In this document: positions 24,544-38,240 of the stretch, piece after piece
Layout of the letters: every line of letters begins with the position of its first letter
Position numbering within the stretch: the first letter of the stretch is position 1
NCBI GenBank assembly: GCA_965113315.1
Contig: OZ220369.1
Strand: one strand, 5' to 3'
Source: Podarcis vaucheri
Taxonomy: Eukaryota
DNA length: 64,000 nucleotides
Program-made: the position numbers and the translations under genes
The notes under the pieces: model-generated
What the model was told of the DNA's origin: nothing
The model's input: only the letters and a program-made list of their open reading frames with translations
The model's database searches: none

Positions 24544-25239
24544 AAACTTGTTCTGTACTTTGGTTGGTTTTCTAGCAAGCAACAAGCTGCTGCAAGTATG
24601 TAGGGCACATTCCTGCCAACTTGTTAGCATATGTCACAGCAACATGCGGAAGCGTGAATGTGTAGGAATTCTTGGGCACAACCATGATGTAACCCCTGTA
24701 GAGCTGAATTGCAACGATGAACTCCAAAAACAAGAAGAAAAAAGAGAAGAGCTCCATTTTCAGGATTTGGGGAATGAGCCAGAATTTAAAGAAAACTAGG
24801 TTTTGGTCCATTAAAAAACAAACACCTACAGCACAATTCCATGTTTGATTACTCAAGAACTCCACTCTGTTTAGTGGACTTCTTCCCAAGTACAGGACTG
24901 CTGCGTTAATAGTCAAGATCAGAGGACAGGTATTACTACAGGTATTGGAACTTAAAAGGGTTTTTTTTTTAAAAAAATGTAACTCAGCATAGCAGAGGGC
25001 AGACACAAGATTACTACCAGTTATGAAGTGTTCAAACATACACAAACATACAGCAGTGAACATATGCACACAGGATTCATATTAGTAAACACAAAACAGT
25101 TAAAGTACCTTATAGTAGGACACAGTTTGTAAACCAACCGTATGTGGTCAATTACATTCAGTGGAGGTGACTTGAATGTCAGTTTCTCCTACCCACACAT
25201 AAATTAATCCTCAAAGAAAAGAGGGTTTGAGAACAGCAC

Positions 25240-27058
25240 TCAATGGTTTGATTTATCAGGACCCTGAAACAGAGAACACAATTCTGCACAAGTCTGTGTT
25301 TCGACTGAACTGAACTGTGACTCCATTGTATTCCAGGCCAAGTCAGCCAACAAAAAGTCATCCATAGCAGTCTGAGTCTCATTGCTAGTAAGAAATAAAC
25401 TGCCAAGGGTTTCAAAGCAGCTATCCATGGTCTGTGTTTCAGCACTATTCAGCTGGACTTTGCTTTCTGCCATTTGGTTAGAGGAATTTTTTGCAGGAAA
25501 ATGCACTTCTGTCTGTGTTTCTGTATCAGATGAGTCTGTGCTCATAGAGAAGGTAGACTGTTTCAAGATGCTCCCCAAAGGCAAATAGGGGCTGTCTAAA
25601 AAGAAATTTAAGTCTGTCTGGGTCTGTGTGTCAAACATCTCCAAACCTAAGAAATTGGGATTACCCCTGCAGCTATAGGACTGGGTGGCATTATCTGAAA
25701 ATAAATCTGTCTGGGTTTCAATATCTAGCAACTCCAAGACTGGCTCAGAGTTCAGCTGGGTCTCTTCTGTCTGTGTCTGGATATTGGAGGCTGTGAAGAA
25801 ATCCTCAATGTCAAAATCAATTCCTGCGTTCTGCGTAGGGCCAGAAGGCAAGGGTGTGCCAGCATGCGAGCTAGTGTCAGTCAAAAGACTACGGTTATCC
25901 AATGACTGACCCGCTGTGTTATTCGAAAAAATAGTTTCAAGATCGTTCAGTAACTCCATTGTCTGGGTCTGATTGTCTGTCATAACCTGCTGTGGGAGAA
26001 TATTATTTTGTGCACTGAAGCTGATAACTGGCTCACACTTAGTGTCTGGACTCAAAGATTTGCAGCTTCCTCTTTGTAGCAGACTTTGACCCAGGCCTGC
26101 AGCCATTAAGTTGCTGCCTGGAAGTCCCACTGTGGTTGAATCACTGAATGATGAACTAACACTGTCAAAAATGTCATTGCACATTACAGCCTGGTCCATT
26201 TGTACTCTCCCATCAATATCTTTCTGCGACCTATTGGTCTGAGTCTCCCGAGAAATTCCACATGACTGAAAGCAAGCCTGTGCAAGTGCATCTGTCTGAG
26301 CAGCTATGGAAGAAGTCAACTTTGAACTGGGTAACAGTGTCTGTGTCTGCACATTAATTGGCAACAAAACCTGAGAGCTGAATGTCAGGTCTGTTTGAGA
26401 ACAAGAGGACACCGATGAATCAGGAGTCCAAGCTGCAGATGTCACAAAGTTCTGTGAAATATAAGATAAGTCCGTCTGCACATTTGTTGAACAAATCCCG
26501 TTCTTGTAGCATATGGCTTCCAGATCTTGGATTGTATTATCTGATGCCCCTTTACCCAAATTGACCTGGATACCTGTGCTGACTGGCTCAACACTGCCAG
26601 CATTTTTGGTTTTTGAAAGGGGCAAGGTGCTTTTAAATGCAAGTGTTTCAGCCTCCAGTCCTGGTATCATAAATCCTACCGGCAGAGGCATTAAGTGAAC
26701 AGTACTCATAACAGAGCCTTTGTCATCAACAGCAACTACAACGGGTTTGACAGAAGAGTCTGGTGCTGATACAAAGATAGGCAACTGAGTAAGCTGCATT
26801 ACAGGGAGTTTAACCAAAGCCACTTTTGGCTTTGGCAGAAGCAACTTTGGTGAATTTTTTGGCTGCGTTTGTGTTTGCTTAGTAGTATAGGAACAGCTAG
26901 AATCTTCAAAGGAAGCTGCTGGCTTCATCTCAGAGGTCTCCAAGTCTTTAGTGCTAGTACATCTGGTTTGGACACTGGCAGAAGCTCCTTTAAGTTTTTC
27001 TCCCACCAACTGATTGGATACAGAGGTTTCAATTTTCCTTTTCTTACTTGGTGGATCC
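25240..27058 (-). CDS. ATMIN: ATM interactor (ASCIZ), exon 4 (terminal); SQ/TQT-rich DYNLL1-binding region
   Basis: Acceptor TTTACAG (AG at 27060-27059). Reads RDPPSKKRK...PKLLLPKPKVALVKLPVMQ..., with many xETQT motifs and MDDFLLADLAWNTMESQFSSVETQT; TGA at 25242-25240. CDS is the complement join of 35478-35786, 28929-29054, 27726-27925, 25240-27058 = 2454 nt, 817 aa. Confidence 0.97.
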
Positions 27059-27725
27059 CTGTAAATATTACAAAATCTTTGACTAGGTACAGCTGTAGCA
27101 CATACTCCTTCATTCCCTCCAAATCTTTCCCACCCCACCACTTTTACCATTTCTATAACAGAATTTAGAATAATGTGAATTGTTTGCCTTGAAAGCATAC
27201 TTAGAGAAATCAAAATAGTAACACACTGAATTATGGTAATGTTAAGCAGAAAACTGCATTGTTGGGTAAATAAGTCAGAGGTACAGTTAAACTCTGTGCC
27301 TAGGCTATTCAACCAAAGAATAATCTTACAGCAGTTTAGCAGCCAACAATGCTGACCTAAAAGTAAAACTTGCACTGCAATTCCACACAGTCTATAATAC
27401 TGCATTTTGATAAAGGACTTCAAAAGCAGTAGTCACCCCGCCTCCCCACATTGAATGGAAATGCATTCTGAATTCTTAGATAGTTCAAACAGAATCACTT
27501 TTACTGGTGGCAGCATGTTGGGTAATAATTGATTGTATAAAAGCCTGGAAAAATCCATGCCTCTTTAGTTATCCTTAAAAAAAAAATGTTGGTAAGATAA
27601 GGGAAGCTGTCAGTGGCAGTGATCTTCACAGAATGGTGTTATAACTCCTCCCCCTTCCAATGTTTTAAGGCAAATATATGTGCACATATATGAAACAGTC
27701 AACAAAGGAAAAATGTTGCCCTTAC

Positions 27726-27925
27726 CTATGTTCAACAGGGATCTCATGCTGTGTCCTATAAATATGAGACAATAATGCTGTCCTGCTAGCATAGGGGCAT
27801 CCACAAGTACACTGGAAAGACTTGCCACAGTCCTCACTATGTCGCTTCAGATCCCATATGGTGCCATAGGAATTGCTGCATTTATCACATTTATGCTTCT
27901 TTTCAGCATGCATTTTCATAAAATG
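27726..27925 (-). CDS. ATMIN: ATMIN exon 3 (zinc fingers)
   Basis: TTCAG|HFMKMHAEKKHKCDKCSNSYGT...CTCGCPYASRTALLSHIYRTQHEIPVEH|GTAAG; 200 nt, phase-consistent. Confidence 0.96.
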
Positions 27926-28928
27926 CTGAAATATAAAAACAAAAGTTAGGTAAGTTATAGGAAACTGCCTTGGACAGCACTGGTTCATCTAGTTCAGTAT
28001 TGACTACACTGACTGGCAGCGGCTTCAGGATTTCAGACTGGGCTTTTTCTGAGCCCTACCTGGAGATGCCAGTGCTCTGTCACTGAGCAATGGTCCTTCC
28101 CAAACAAAAGAAAGTGGTACTATGTTTGAGACACAAAGCTGTTCCAGTTCCAGCCTTCTCTATGCAAGACAAGGCACTTTTAAGCATGCTGTCAACAACT
28201 GAATTTTCCATAATTTTTGGTGCATTTTCATGCATTTTTAAATGACTGACTGGAGTTGATAGAGGGGGTTCAAGATTTTTCTTGAATTCCTGAAAATGGT
28301 TATAACATGGGAATGAAAGTCCATATACACTATCTGGCTGCACCTCAACTCAATAAATACTACAACTGATTTTAGCAATTCCACTCTTTCAAAAGTTATT
28401 AAGAATCAGAGAATGCATTTCTTAGAAGATCCAGACCTCTGACATGCAACCTGCATGAAGTTTGCAGTTAAGGTTCTCAATAATCTACACAGGCCCATTG
28501 TAAATTTTACAGTTATGAACTTCTGGTGAAAAGAGGGCATATTACAGAGAGTTAAAGGAGTAATTGAATTAACTAGTCAGAGCTCTACAGCAAAATTACC
28601 TCCAATTTGTTCCTTTCATTTTCAGCTACTGAAGGCATATCTCAGCACATTTAATAAGTTTAATTTTCTAACAAAAGAGTAGTATGTATAAAACCTGTGC
28701 AATGATGCTGCAGGCTCCCTAGTTCCATGAGAGCTCTTTCCCAACACACTGATCCCATAAACAATAGACAACTGACAATATGAAATGACATTCATATGAA
28801 GCTTCTCTTATAATGGAATATATTTACACAGAAATCTTGCAATTCAGAAAGATGCATGGCTCTTGAATAAGATGTTCCATATAAATTATATTGTTCTATT
28901 TATTGAATAATGTAGTTAGAATACATAC

Positions 28929-29054
28929 CTGTCGCACAAGAGAAAATTGTGAAAAAGGCCTTTCTGGTCCTCTAGGGCAACCTTCAATAGGACAGCAGTA
29001 GTATTTCTGTGGCGTTTTCAAGTCTTTCCTTATTGCAGGATTTATTTTTCCATC
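28929..29054 (-). CDS. ATMIN: ATMIN exon 2 (zinc finger)
   Basis: CTACAG|DGKINPAIRKDLKTPQKYYCCPIEGCPRGPERPFSQFSLVRQ|GTATG; 126 nt. Confidence 0.95.
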
Positions 29055-32015
29055 CTGTAGGAGAAGAATATTATTAAATTGTATCTAATGTTTGGGGCTC
29101 AGAAGTATCTGGAATACAAATAAAGCTTGTCTTTATACAGCATTTTGCCTGCCTGCCTGCATACTGAAGAGATTCTCCACTTGAAACTTCTGTACATGTT
29201 TCAGTTATTCCCTATATGCAATAAAAACTTTAGGTAGTTTACATCCCAGCTCACTCTAATTGCCTAGATTATGTGACAGGTAGTTGATTATTCAGTAACC
29301 CAGTTGGGTCAATCCTGGCTAAATAAGCAGAGGTATGTACAAGGCTTTTGCTCATGTGTTCTATCCCATGTGCTCTGATTTAGAGAAGCCGTCCTGGTTT
29401 CTGATTTGATCCCAGAATGTCCTGCTTTTCCTTAGGATGTTCCTGTTTTCACTGAAGAAATGTTAGAGGGTATGGAGTTATCTAACCCCCTAAGCTGTCT
29501 GAAGGCAATACTGTATAGGGAAGGTTTTTTTTAATGTTTCATTATGTTTTCATATATGTTGGAAGCTGCCCAGAGTGGCTGGGGCAACCCAGTAAGATGT
29601 GTGGGGTATAAATAGTAAAATTATCATTATGGAATGGGATGTCCCTATTTTCATCGGAGAAATGTTGGAGGGTATGCTATCCTCATGCTGCCACTTTTTC
29701 CCTTGGCACGCTGTGAGAAGCAAGGCAATTTTCAATTAACGATAGGTCCCAGTAACATAGTTACAATGTTCCAAACCACCCAGGATTTTAAACCATGGTT
29801 TGAAAATGTTCCAAACCTGAGACAACCAGTTTCCTAGTGCTAGTGTAATAAGAGTAGATGAAGAATTCTGGGGTTAATTTTGGGGCACCAAGAAGGAGGG
29901 AAGGGTGTGTGTGGACACAAGGCTTATTCACATCTGGGCTTGTTAAACCAAGAAGATATGATTGAGTGATCACTGTCACTTAGGAAACAGAAACATTTTG
30001 CAGAAAACATTATGCTGAACTTTTAGACCAAACGATTTAGAACCAAACATCTCACCGCAAGAGAGTGTAATATTAAATTCAAAACAAACTGAAGCTAAGG
30101 AGACTAGTGCTATACCAATGACTTGTGATGTCAGAGCCATGAACCAGATCAAGGAACCACTGACTGCTCCAGTCTCTCCATAGCTGAACTTGAGCAGGTT
30201 TTTGAGCATACTGTGATACAGAGCAAGCATGGACAAAAACACAGAATAATGAACATATTATTTCCTATAATATTATATTTTAAAATGCAAAGTTTCTGGC
30301 ACTTCTGGTTGGAAAGATTTGCTTGAAATATGTGTGGATATGGCTCCTAAAATCTCAGAAGCCAGAAGGAAATCAGTAGGATTTCCAGTAGCTTTGAGAT
30401 AGGGCTTAATTCCAGTAGTTTGGGGACAAGGATTAAGTGTGTAACATTACAAAATAGTTTGATTGCAGAAGTATATGGGTGTGGTTCAATTAATACAAAG
30501 AGACAGCTTTCCTTGGTGTAAAATTTGGACTGCAGAACTTTTAAAGGCTTTTTAAAGTGTGGCATTCTCTTTATACATTAAGGAACCCAAGCATTCGTAA
30601 TCCAAGGCTTTCCAAACCAGCTGCATTAGATACATGCTCAGACTGGCTGGAATGTAAGTTTCATCATCGGTGCAAAACCTCTTCTCTAACTTCTTTTTAT
30701 CTTCCCTTTCAAAAAGGAGTGGGGAAAGTGTGAGGGAACAGCCTAGAGATGCTAAAACCTGAAATGCAACGATTCAGTCCTGAAGAATGCAGGAAGACTC
30801 ACTCTACTCTTCAGGCCCTCCCTACCCTTCTGTTAATAAACAGCAGTGGTAGCATATATAAATCCCTAGGAATGAAAAATATTTCCAAACCTTAAGCAAA
30901 AGAATCTTTAAAAACAACAAAAAGCTGCCAGCATTTATTTATTACATTTTTCATCTTAGGCTTCCACCCATCCATTTTATCTTCACAACTACTACATGAA
31001 GTAAGTTAGGCTGAAGAATAATGACTGCCTCAAGGTGACCTAGTGAGATCCATGAATGAGTGGTGACTTAAAACTGGCTCACAGACCCATTGACTGGAGT
31101 CTTCCTGTTTATTTTACAGAGCTCAGTTTCCCCATATACAATGCAAGTCTCACTTCAAAATTCACTCACAAGGGTATACAGATTTCCATTTACTCATAGT
31201 TCTAAAGCACTCTCAGGTATCTTAACTGTCTACTGTAATATTGGCACTAAAATATAGAATACCATTTTGAGAAAACTCTTTGTTGGTTGGAGCAAAAATA
31301 AGTCTGAAAAGATATCTCTGAGGTAAAAGCCCAACAAGCCATTATGCCACCCTGCAATATGTAAAGGGATGAGGAGAGATTACAAGGAGTCCAAGTAGGA
31401 CCTGTTGCAATATTATTGTCACATTACTTCAAAATCTTAATTAAGTCAGTACTTTCCAAACAAAGTATCTGGCTGCAAGATGGAGGACACTGTTTTATAA
31501 ACGCTCGTTTTGCTCTAAATAGCTACAGCTTCCCACCAGAGGTTTTATCAAGCACTTCTGGAAGGGATTTGGAGGAAGCCGCCAGCCACTTCCCATTAAA
31601 GGTCACATTTCAAATTTGGAAAGACATTAAAACTTATAATAATATTATCAACAAAGTACAATCAGAAGCAGGAACCCAACCATAAAGGCAGTAGCAAAGA
31701 TGTGAGTACTTCACTTAAATACCAGGATTTTGAAAACAGCACCATGGGCTCGGGCACAAAGCTCATTTTCAAGATAAACACAAGAGAAGAGAAAGTTACG
31801 GGAGAAAAGAAAGATTAGCGGTAGGGATTCTGGCTTTGGTGAGAGGAGGTTTCCTTGCTTAGCCTGAAATACACAGAGCAGCTGAAGGAATCTGTAATTA
31901 AGTACAGTGAGCCTTTCATAGCTACAGTGATTAGGTTACTAGGGTTTCAGGCTAGGTCTGGGAAGGTTATGAAGTTGTCCTTACCTAGGGCATACTCACG
32001 AGATTTTAAGAAAAG

Positions 32016-32473
32016 TACAGTGGTACCTTGGTTCTCAAACAACTTGGAACCCAAACACTGCAAACCCAGCAGGAAGTGTTCTGGTTTGCGAAATTTTTTC
32101 GGAAGCTGAGCATGCTCTGTTTTGAGTGCCACACTTTTGTTCTGAGGTCTGTCTGTTTTTGCTATTTATTTTGCATTTTTGTAGCTCTTTTCTGTTTTGA
32201 TTTTGTGACAGTGTGGAACCCAGTTCAGCTACTGATTGATTGGTTGTGTGACTGCAGTACATTGATTATTGCTTTCATTTTATGGATCAATGATATCGTT
32301 AGATAGTAAAATTCATGTTAAATTGCTGTTTAGGGGTTGTTTTTAAAAGTCTGGAATGGATTAATCCATTTTGCATTACTTTCTATGGGAAAGCGCGCTT
32401 TGGTTTTGGAACGCTTTGGTTTTGGAACGGACTTCCGGAATGGATTAAGTTTGAGAACCAAGGTACCACTGTA
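32016..32473. mobile_element. Tc1/mariner-pogo-type MITE
   Basis: Perfect 23-bp TIRs CAGTGGTACCTTGGTTCTCAAAC with TA TSD. Confidence 0.9.
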
Positions 32474-33203
32474 CAGAGTGAATTTGTGGAATGAAAGAGC
32501 ACATAGGTTGCGATAAAGCAATGTAGATGGTGAGGGGATACTGTTCACTGAACCTAGAAAGCTTAGATGAAGTACATTTTCAGAGCTTAGGAAGGGATTT
32601 CTAAATATTTTAAATGGGGATGCTCTTGCCTGATTTTAACAACAGCACAGCTTGGCGGGCAGGATGTTTGGCTGGAGTGAGGAATCAGGAAGGGCTGCAA
32701 CAAGGCCAAATGAAGCTGCAACTTGTATCAGTGGGCCATAGTAGTTGAAGGATTCTGAGAGTTTGAAGAAACCCTGACCTGCATCTAGTACATTTATATA
32801 AGAGCCTAAGAAACAGATTTTAGGGTGGGTTTATAATTTGGCCCTTCAAGAGGCGCCTCCTCATATTTGCTTACAGAAAAAGCTTTTAAGTGTGTAAATA
32901 TGTTTGTGTGAGAGAGTGTACAGGAGGATCATAGTGAGGGGATTTGTCAGATGCTTATGGTGAGGGTCACAGATTAGTGGTGCCACTACTTGTCTCCTTT
33001 TTGCAGAAAGACATATCATCATATCGGGCTAAATAGGTGGTGGCAGCAGCAAGTGTCTGGAAGGTCCAGTTCAAATTATGTAGTCACTTGAGACTTCCAG
33101 TTCGGGCTTTGGTTCTAAACCTGCTTACTATGAGGGAGCAAGATCAGTGGTTCTCCAATATTACAGGCAAGTCTTCCCCAGCCCTGTTACTCAAACAACC
33201 CTT

Positions 33204-33449
33204 TACAGTGGTACCTCGGGTTACATATGCTTCAGGTTACATACGCTTCAGGTTACAGACTCTGCTAACCCAGAAATAGTACCTCGGGTTAAGAACTTTG
33301 CTTCAGGATGAGAACAGAAATCGTGCTCCGGTGGTGCGGCGGCAGCAGAAGGCCCCATTAGCTGAAGTGGTGCTTCAGGTTTAGAACAGTTTCAGGTTAA
33401 GAACGGACCTCCGGAACGAATTAAGTACTTAACCCGAGTTACCACTGTA
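33204..33449. mobile_element. Tc1/mariner-pogo-type MITE
   Basis: TIRs CAGTGGTACCTCGGGTTA / TAACCCGAGTTACCACTG, TA TSD, internal CTTCAGGTTA repeats. Confidence 0.88.
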
Positions 33450-35477
33450 CTTATGTTACACATTGTTCTAGGTCAAGCAGAATGTGTGGTGGATGATTAC
33501 CAATTACTGTACGGTATGTATTGCAACTCTGTGAATGAATGGTTAGAATGGATACTTTCTGCTGAAAAATTACTAAAGGAAAGGAAGTAGGATGGCAGCT
33601 GAGCTGAACTGCGGAGTATCACAAATGAACAAAGCATTAGAATTCTGCCTCTACAGAATCATCATGAAGCTACAGAGTTAAGAACCCACAATAAGAGCCA
33701 CAGTCCTTGGAAGTCACAGGCTAACCTATGATTAACAGAAATTCCAGAAGCATGAGAGGAAAATAACATTTCAAGGATAGCTGGTACCCAGTCTTCCCCA
33801 GGAAGAACAGAAAACATCCTGATAATGCCAAAGTTACTTGCAATTATGATGCCAATCCACCAAGTTATGAACTAGCGAATTTTGGGAAGTACTAAGTGAA
33901 CAGACGAAGAGGCTCAGATGATCAAGTTATTGAGGGATAAAAGGTATTAGAGGGACAGAACCATTTGGGGAGGGGCAAGATCTCTGCAGTGTAAAGCTTC
34001 CACCACAAACCCCACACCATCACAGAGTGTTTGTGAGTGTATGAGACCTCTCTAACTTTGATTTCAATAAACCCAGTGTTTTGCCTCCCCCCTATAAGAC
34101 CCTCACTAACTTATTTCAGGCTGAGTATAGTCTGACTATACTCCCAACATTTGGAGATACTGATGGTTGAACCTGAAACCTTCTACATTCAAAGCATATG
34201 AAATGAGGTTACAGTGGGTTGGGTTTCCATGGGTCTTCTCTGAACTAACCTTGGATACAGCCCATTATACTGACTCAAAGGACAAAGTATGGCACTTTCA
34301 TATACCATATTCATATGACTTAGATCAGGAATGGCAATGTGTGGCCACCAGTTGTTATGGACTATGATCCCCCCATAATATCTGATCACTGGCCATGATG
34401 GCTGGGGCTGATGGTGGCAGCTGTAGTCCAAAATGTCTAGAGGCACCATGTTGGCTACTCCCAGTCTTACACCAATGGTTATCTAATTCAGTATTTTCTA
34501 TCTTGACTGGCCACAGGTCTCTCGGATCTCAAGGATATTTATTTCCCAATAAGATACTTTTAACTGGAGGTGCTGAGTACTGAACAAGGAATGAAGTTCC
34601 TTGAGTACTGAACAAGGAATCTTCTGCATGAGCAACTTCACACCAAATCTGATCAAATGGTTCATCCAGCCCAGTATCATCTGCCACAACTAGCAGAAAT
34701 CGAATCTTGTACCAAGTCTGAACCTGGAGCTTTGTGCAAGCGAAGGATGTGCATCAATTTAGCTATGGGCCCTTCCTAACATTTGCTTTTTAAAAAAAGT
34801 TATTTTATTACCATGGTTGTATGGCATCCTGGCAGCTTTGCTAGATATGCCTGAAACTTTTAAATAAAGCTAAGAAGTAACTGTGAGTGGGAAAGGGAGT
34901 CTCTGAGTTTTGATTTAACATTGTACTGGCACACCACTTTTCAAGCAAAGAAAATGAGCTCAAAGTGGCTCACAACGACAACAGAGCATTAAAAAGATAT
35001 TAAGAATGCCGCTGGAGGAGGGAGGGAGGGAGGGGAAAGGGGTATCTGAGGTAAATCAACCAAAAGGGGGTGGGGTGCAGGGAATAGGAAAAGGGCTTTT
35101 GTTGCTGTGGTTATTATTAATAACTGTCTATAGCTACCAGTTAATAATTATTGCCTGGGATATGAGGAGGGGCTGAATATAATAATTAATAATTGAATTT
35201 TGCCAGCTACCCACCAATACTTGGGAACTTTGTGAACAAACCGATGCTGGAAGGGAGTGGTTATTAACATTAACATTTGAATTCAGATAGCCGCCATCCA
35301 TGAAAATAATTGAATTCTGATAGCTACCCATCAGTAGTACATTGTTACCTGGGAAGCTTATAAGGAAACCGAAAGCTAAAAAGTGGGGCTGAAATGAAAC
35401 CCCTCTCTGGCGCGCCTCTGGAAGGAGAGGGAAGGCGCTGGGTCCCCAGAGGAGCGGGAGAGGGGAGGGCCGCTTAC

Positions 35478-35786
35478 CTGCTGCTGCTGCACGCCGTGGG
35501 CCTTGCTGAGGTGCATGCTCAGCGCCGGCGGGTTGGGCAGCACTTTGCCGCAGCCGGGCACCGTGCACAGGATGTTGCTCCTGACGGCCCGCGAGAGCTC
35601 CGTCACCGAGGGCCTCACCAGCTCCCACGGGCTCGACGGCCGCTCGCGGGGGCCGCGCGGCGCCGAGCGCGGAGGGCGGCCGAGCCCCAGGCCCAGGCCG
35701 GGCCGCCGAGCGGGCGGCGCCCGGGACACGGCTGCTGCTGCCGCGGCTCCTCCTGCCGCCGCCGCCGCTGCTGCCGTAGCCGCCAT
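35478..35786 (-). CDS. ATMIN: ATMIN exon 1 (poly-Ala N-terminus, first zinc finger)
   Basis: ATG at 35786 (AACATGG context). Reads ELVRPSVTELSRAVRSNILCTVPGCGKVLPNPPALSMHLSKAH; donor CAG|GTAAGC; 309 nt. Confidence 0.95.
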
Positions 35787-36005
35787 GTTGCTCTCGGCCG
35801 TTCCCGATCCGCCGACCGGCGGGGCACTTCCGGTGGCGGGAGGAGAGGGAGAAAGAGCGTGGAAGGGAACTCGGCGGAGAGACTGACAGGGAGCTCATAC
35901 ATATTTATACCTGGCGTTTTCCATATTCATGAGGGGCGCGCGTTCTACGAAACAAGTCCCACACCCAGTTTGCGCCTAGTGCCTTCCAGATATTATCCGC
36001 GGCTG
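35787..36005 (-). promoter_or_regulatory. ATMIN CpG-island promoter / 5' UTR
   Basis: CpG-rich; ETS-type CACTTCCGG at 35825-35833; YY1-like CGCCATGTT overlapping the start codon. Confidence 0.7.
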
Positions 36006-36214
36006 GAAATAAAAGTAGACCAGCATTTTCTATCTCTCCATTTGTAAAATGGAATATGGCTTATTGATAAGAATGTGGACAAAACAGGGTGGTGGTTACC
36101 CCCCCCCCCAATTCAGCAGTTGCATATGGGTTCTGAGGCCTGACTGCAACTGAGAACCGATAGGTAGAAATTCTTTTGTTATTTGCAAAAGTTTGTTTGC
36201 AACTTGTGTACATC

Positions 36215-36303
36215 CATGGGCGTAGCCAGGATTTATGTTGGGGGGGGGAGGCTTCATGTTAGGGGGCAAATCCTCAGTTTATTAACCCCTGCCGATGCCC
36301 ATG
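36215..36303. mobile_element. short hAT-type MITE
   Basis: Ends CATGGGCGT / ATGCCCATG; perfect 8-bp TSD TGTACATC at 36207-36214 and 36304-36311. Confidence 0.75.
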
Positions 36304-37562
36304 TGTACATCCTCAGATGAACTCAATCCCATTTTACACAGGATCAAAGCGCAAAAAGGTATGAATTTTTCCAAATGTATGAAGCTATGGATGTCATTAA
36401 CACTGGAATACAGATCTCTACATTCCAAATCTACCTGTTAAATGAACTCAAATTGATATGTACACACAGTGCTTTTTCTGAGGAGACACAAGGGTACGCA
36501 TACCCCTAAACGTTTTATGAATCTTTGTACTTTTGTCCATTTACTGTATTTATTTTTCCCAATTTGAACTATAAAATTGTGTTTTTCTTCCAAGTCAAAA
36601 TGAGTACCCCACAACATGTGAATTAACTTCAAAACAGGTTTGGACATTAAATAATAGGAAGAAAATCTAAAAAAGGCTTATATTAAAGAAGAAGGAATAC
36701 AGTTAGCAGTTGGATTAAATATTCATTAATGTCAGTGTTTAACCTTTAAAAATTCAAAATAATGATTTTACATCTATAGTAAATAAATTTTTGATTCTCT
36801 AAAATATGCTGTCTCTCAACCTTCTTTGGAAATCTGATTGTAATTCAACAGAGGCACACATACTTGATATAAAAGAGATACTACCAGTATAATGGGGCCA
36901 GTTACATGCTCAGACTTTGCAGTGCTTTGAATCAGGGTATTTTGTTATTCAGAGGGGGTGGCTGCTTCAGAGTTTGTCTCATTATACTGTACACAGCTTG
37001 AGTTTTGTATACATCATATCACTATCACTACTGATGACTACATTTGGGGGTAAAACAGCAAGAATGTGTAAGCCACTGGACTAGAGAACAAGGAAATGCA
37101 TTACTAATTCCAGTTCTTCGATAAGCACACTACTGTATTAAATGGGAAGTGGCAGTAAAATGTAATAGCTTTATTTACTCTTGTGAAAAAACTTGGACTC
37201 AAGCAGTTATAAGCTTTCATTTATTTAATCACACAGCTATTTTAAAAATAATATTACAAGCACCATGTTTATTATAATTTTAATATCATATCAGTAAGAA
37301 TTTTAGTTTCATTTGGTTAAACAATCAAGCACTTTGATATCACATCTAACTTCAGTTATTTGCTAAAGAAGTTCACCTACTCATTGTCCAGGAAGTACAC
37401 ACAGACTCTGGTCAACAGGTCACACCAGCTAGCAGGCTACAGCCTGCTAAGATGTCATATTGTAATCTGACCAACTGAATTGTAAGAAGTTTATGGGAAT
37501 AGATTCCATGTTGTTTTCTTTTGCTGAAGAGAAATAATCCACTCCTTTGTCTAAAAATGTCA

Positions 37563-37675
37563 TTAGCTTGCAAGGGTTTGTGATAGTGCACTTTTTCTCT
37601 CATTAATTCTAAAATAGTTCCTGGCTTTTTGGGTGATGCAAGTAAGTAATGGTGAAGGGGGAACATCTGCCAGCC
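37563..37675 (-). CDS. CENPN: centromere protein N, last coding exon (10 of 10)
   Basis: TCTAG|(G)LADVPPSPLLTCITQKARNYFRINERKSALSQTLAS*. Candidate poly(A) signals (TTTATT on +) at 37170, 37220 and 37268. Confidence 0.93.
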
Positions 37676-38240
37676 CTAGAATAGAATAAAACAAAATTAG
37701 AATCAGTTCTAAGTTTTGCATATGGTTCCATATTGCCTTGAAAGTACAGCTGTCCAAAGAACAAAACAGTTGGTGGGACCTGTCTTTTAAGGGTCACATA
37801 AGCCTTTTCTTTTAAATACAGCTCTTCACTTGGTCTATGCACTTGCATTTTATTCTAGATCACTATAATAGTCTATAATCCTCTGTATGTTACACTAGAC
37901 CAGGACTGGAGAACTGATGACCCTTAATTAGCCATGCTTATTACAACTCTCATAATTTGCCTTACTTACTAGATGTCATAGGGGTTGGTCCAATAGTTCC
38001 CTACCCCACACTAGGGGACCATTAGTCAAGTTCAGTCCCTAATGTCTCCTGCTTGCATAGTTTGATACATTTCAGTTTCTCACTCCCCTGTGCAAGTCAA
38101 GCAATAGGAACTGAAGTCCGAACATTCAGGTGCAGTGCTTAAGGGCTCTGAAGATGTTATGGAATCATTTGCCTGCATCTTAGCTTATGCTGGAATGTTG
38201 GCACAGCCAATATTCCTCAAATCAATTTTTGGCACTTAAA

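Noticed and set aside
27059-27423. N-terminal ~120 aa of the 727-aa ORF
   Set aside because: This is intron 3 of ATMIN read in frame; the real exon starts at the acceptor at 27058.
34574-34620. 19-bp direct repeat TGAGTACTGAACAAGGAAT separated by 9 bp
   Set aside because: Only two copies in an intron: a simple local duplication, not a CRISPR-like array.
35134-36047. 254-aa and 217-aa ORFs overlapping ATMIN exon 1
   Set aside because: They are alternative-frame and antisense products of GC-rich sequence; only the 35786 frame matches ATMIN and splices in phase.
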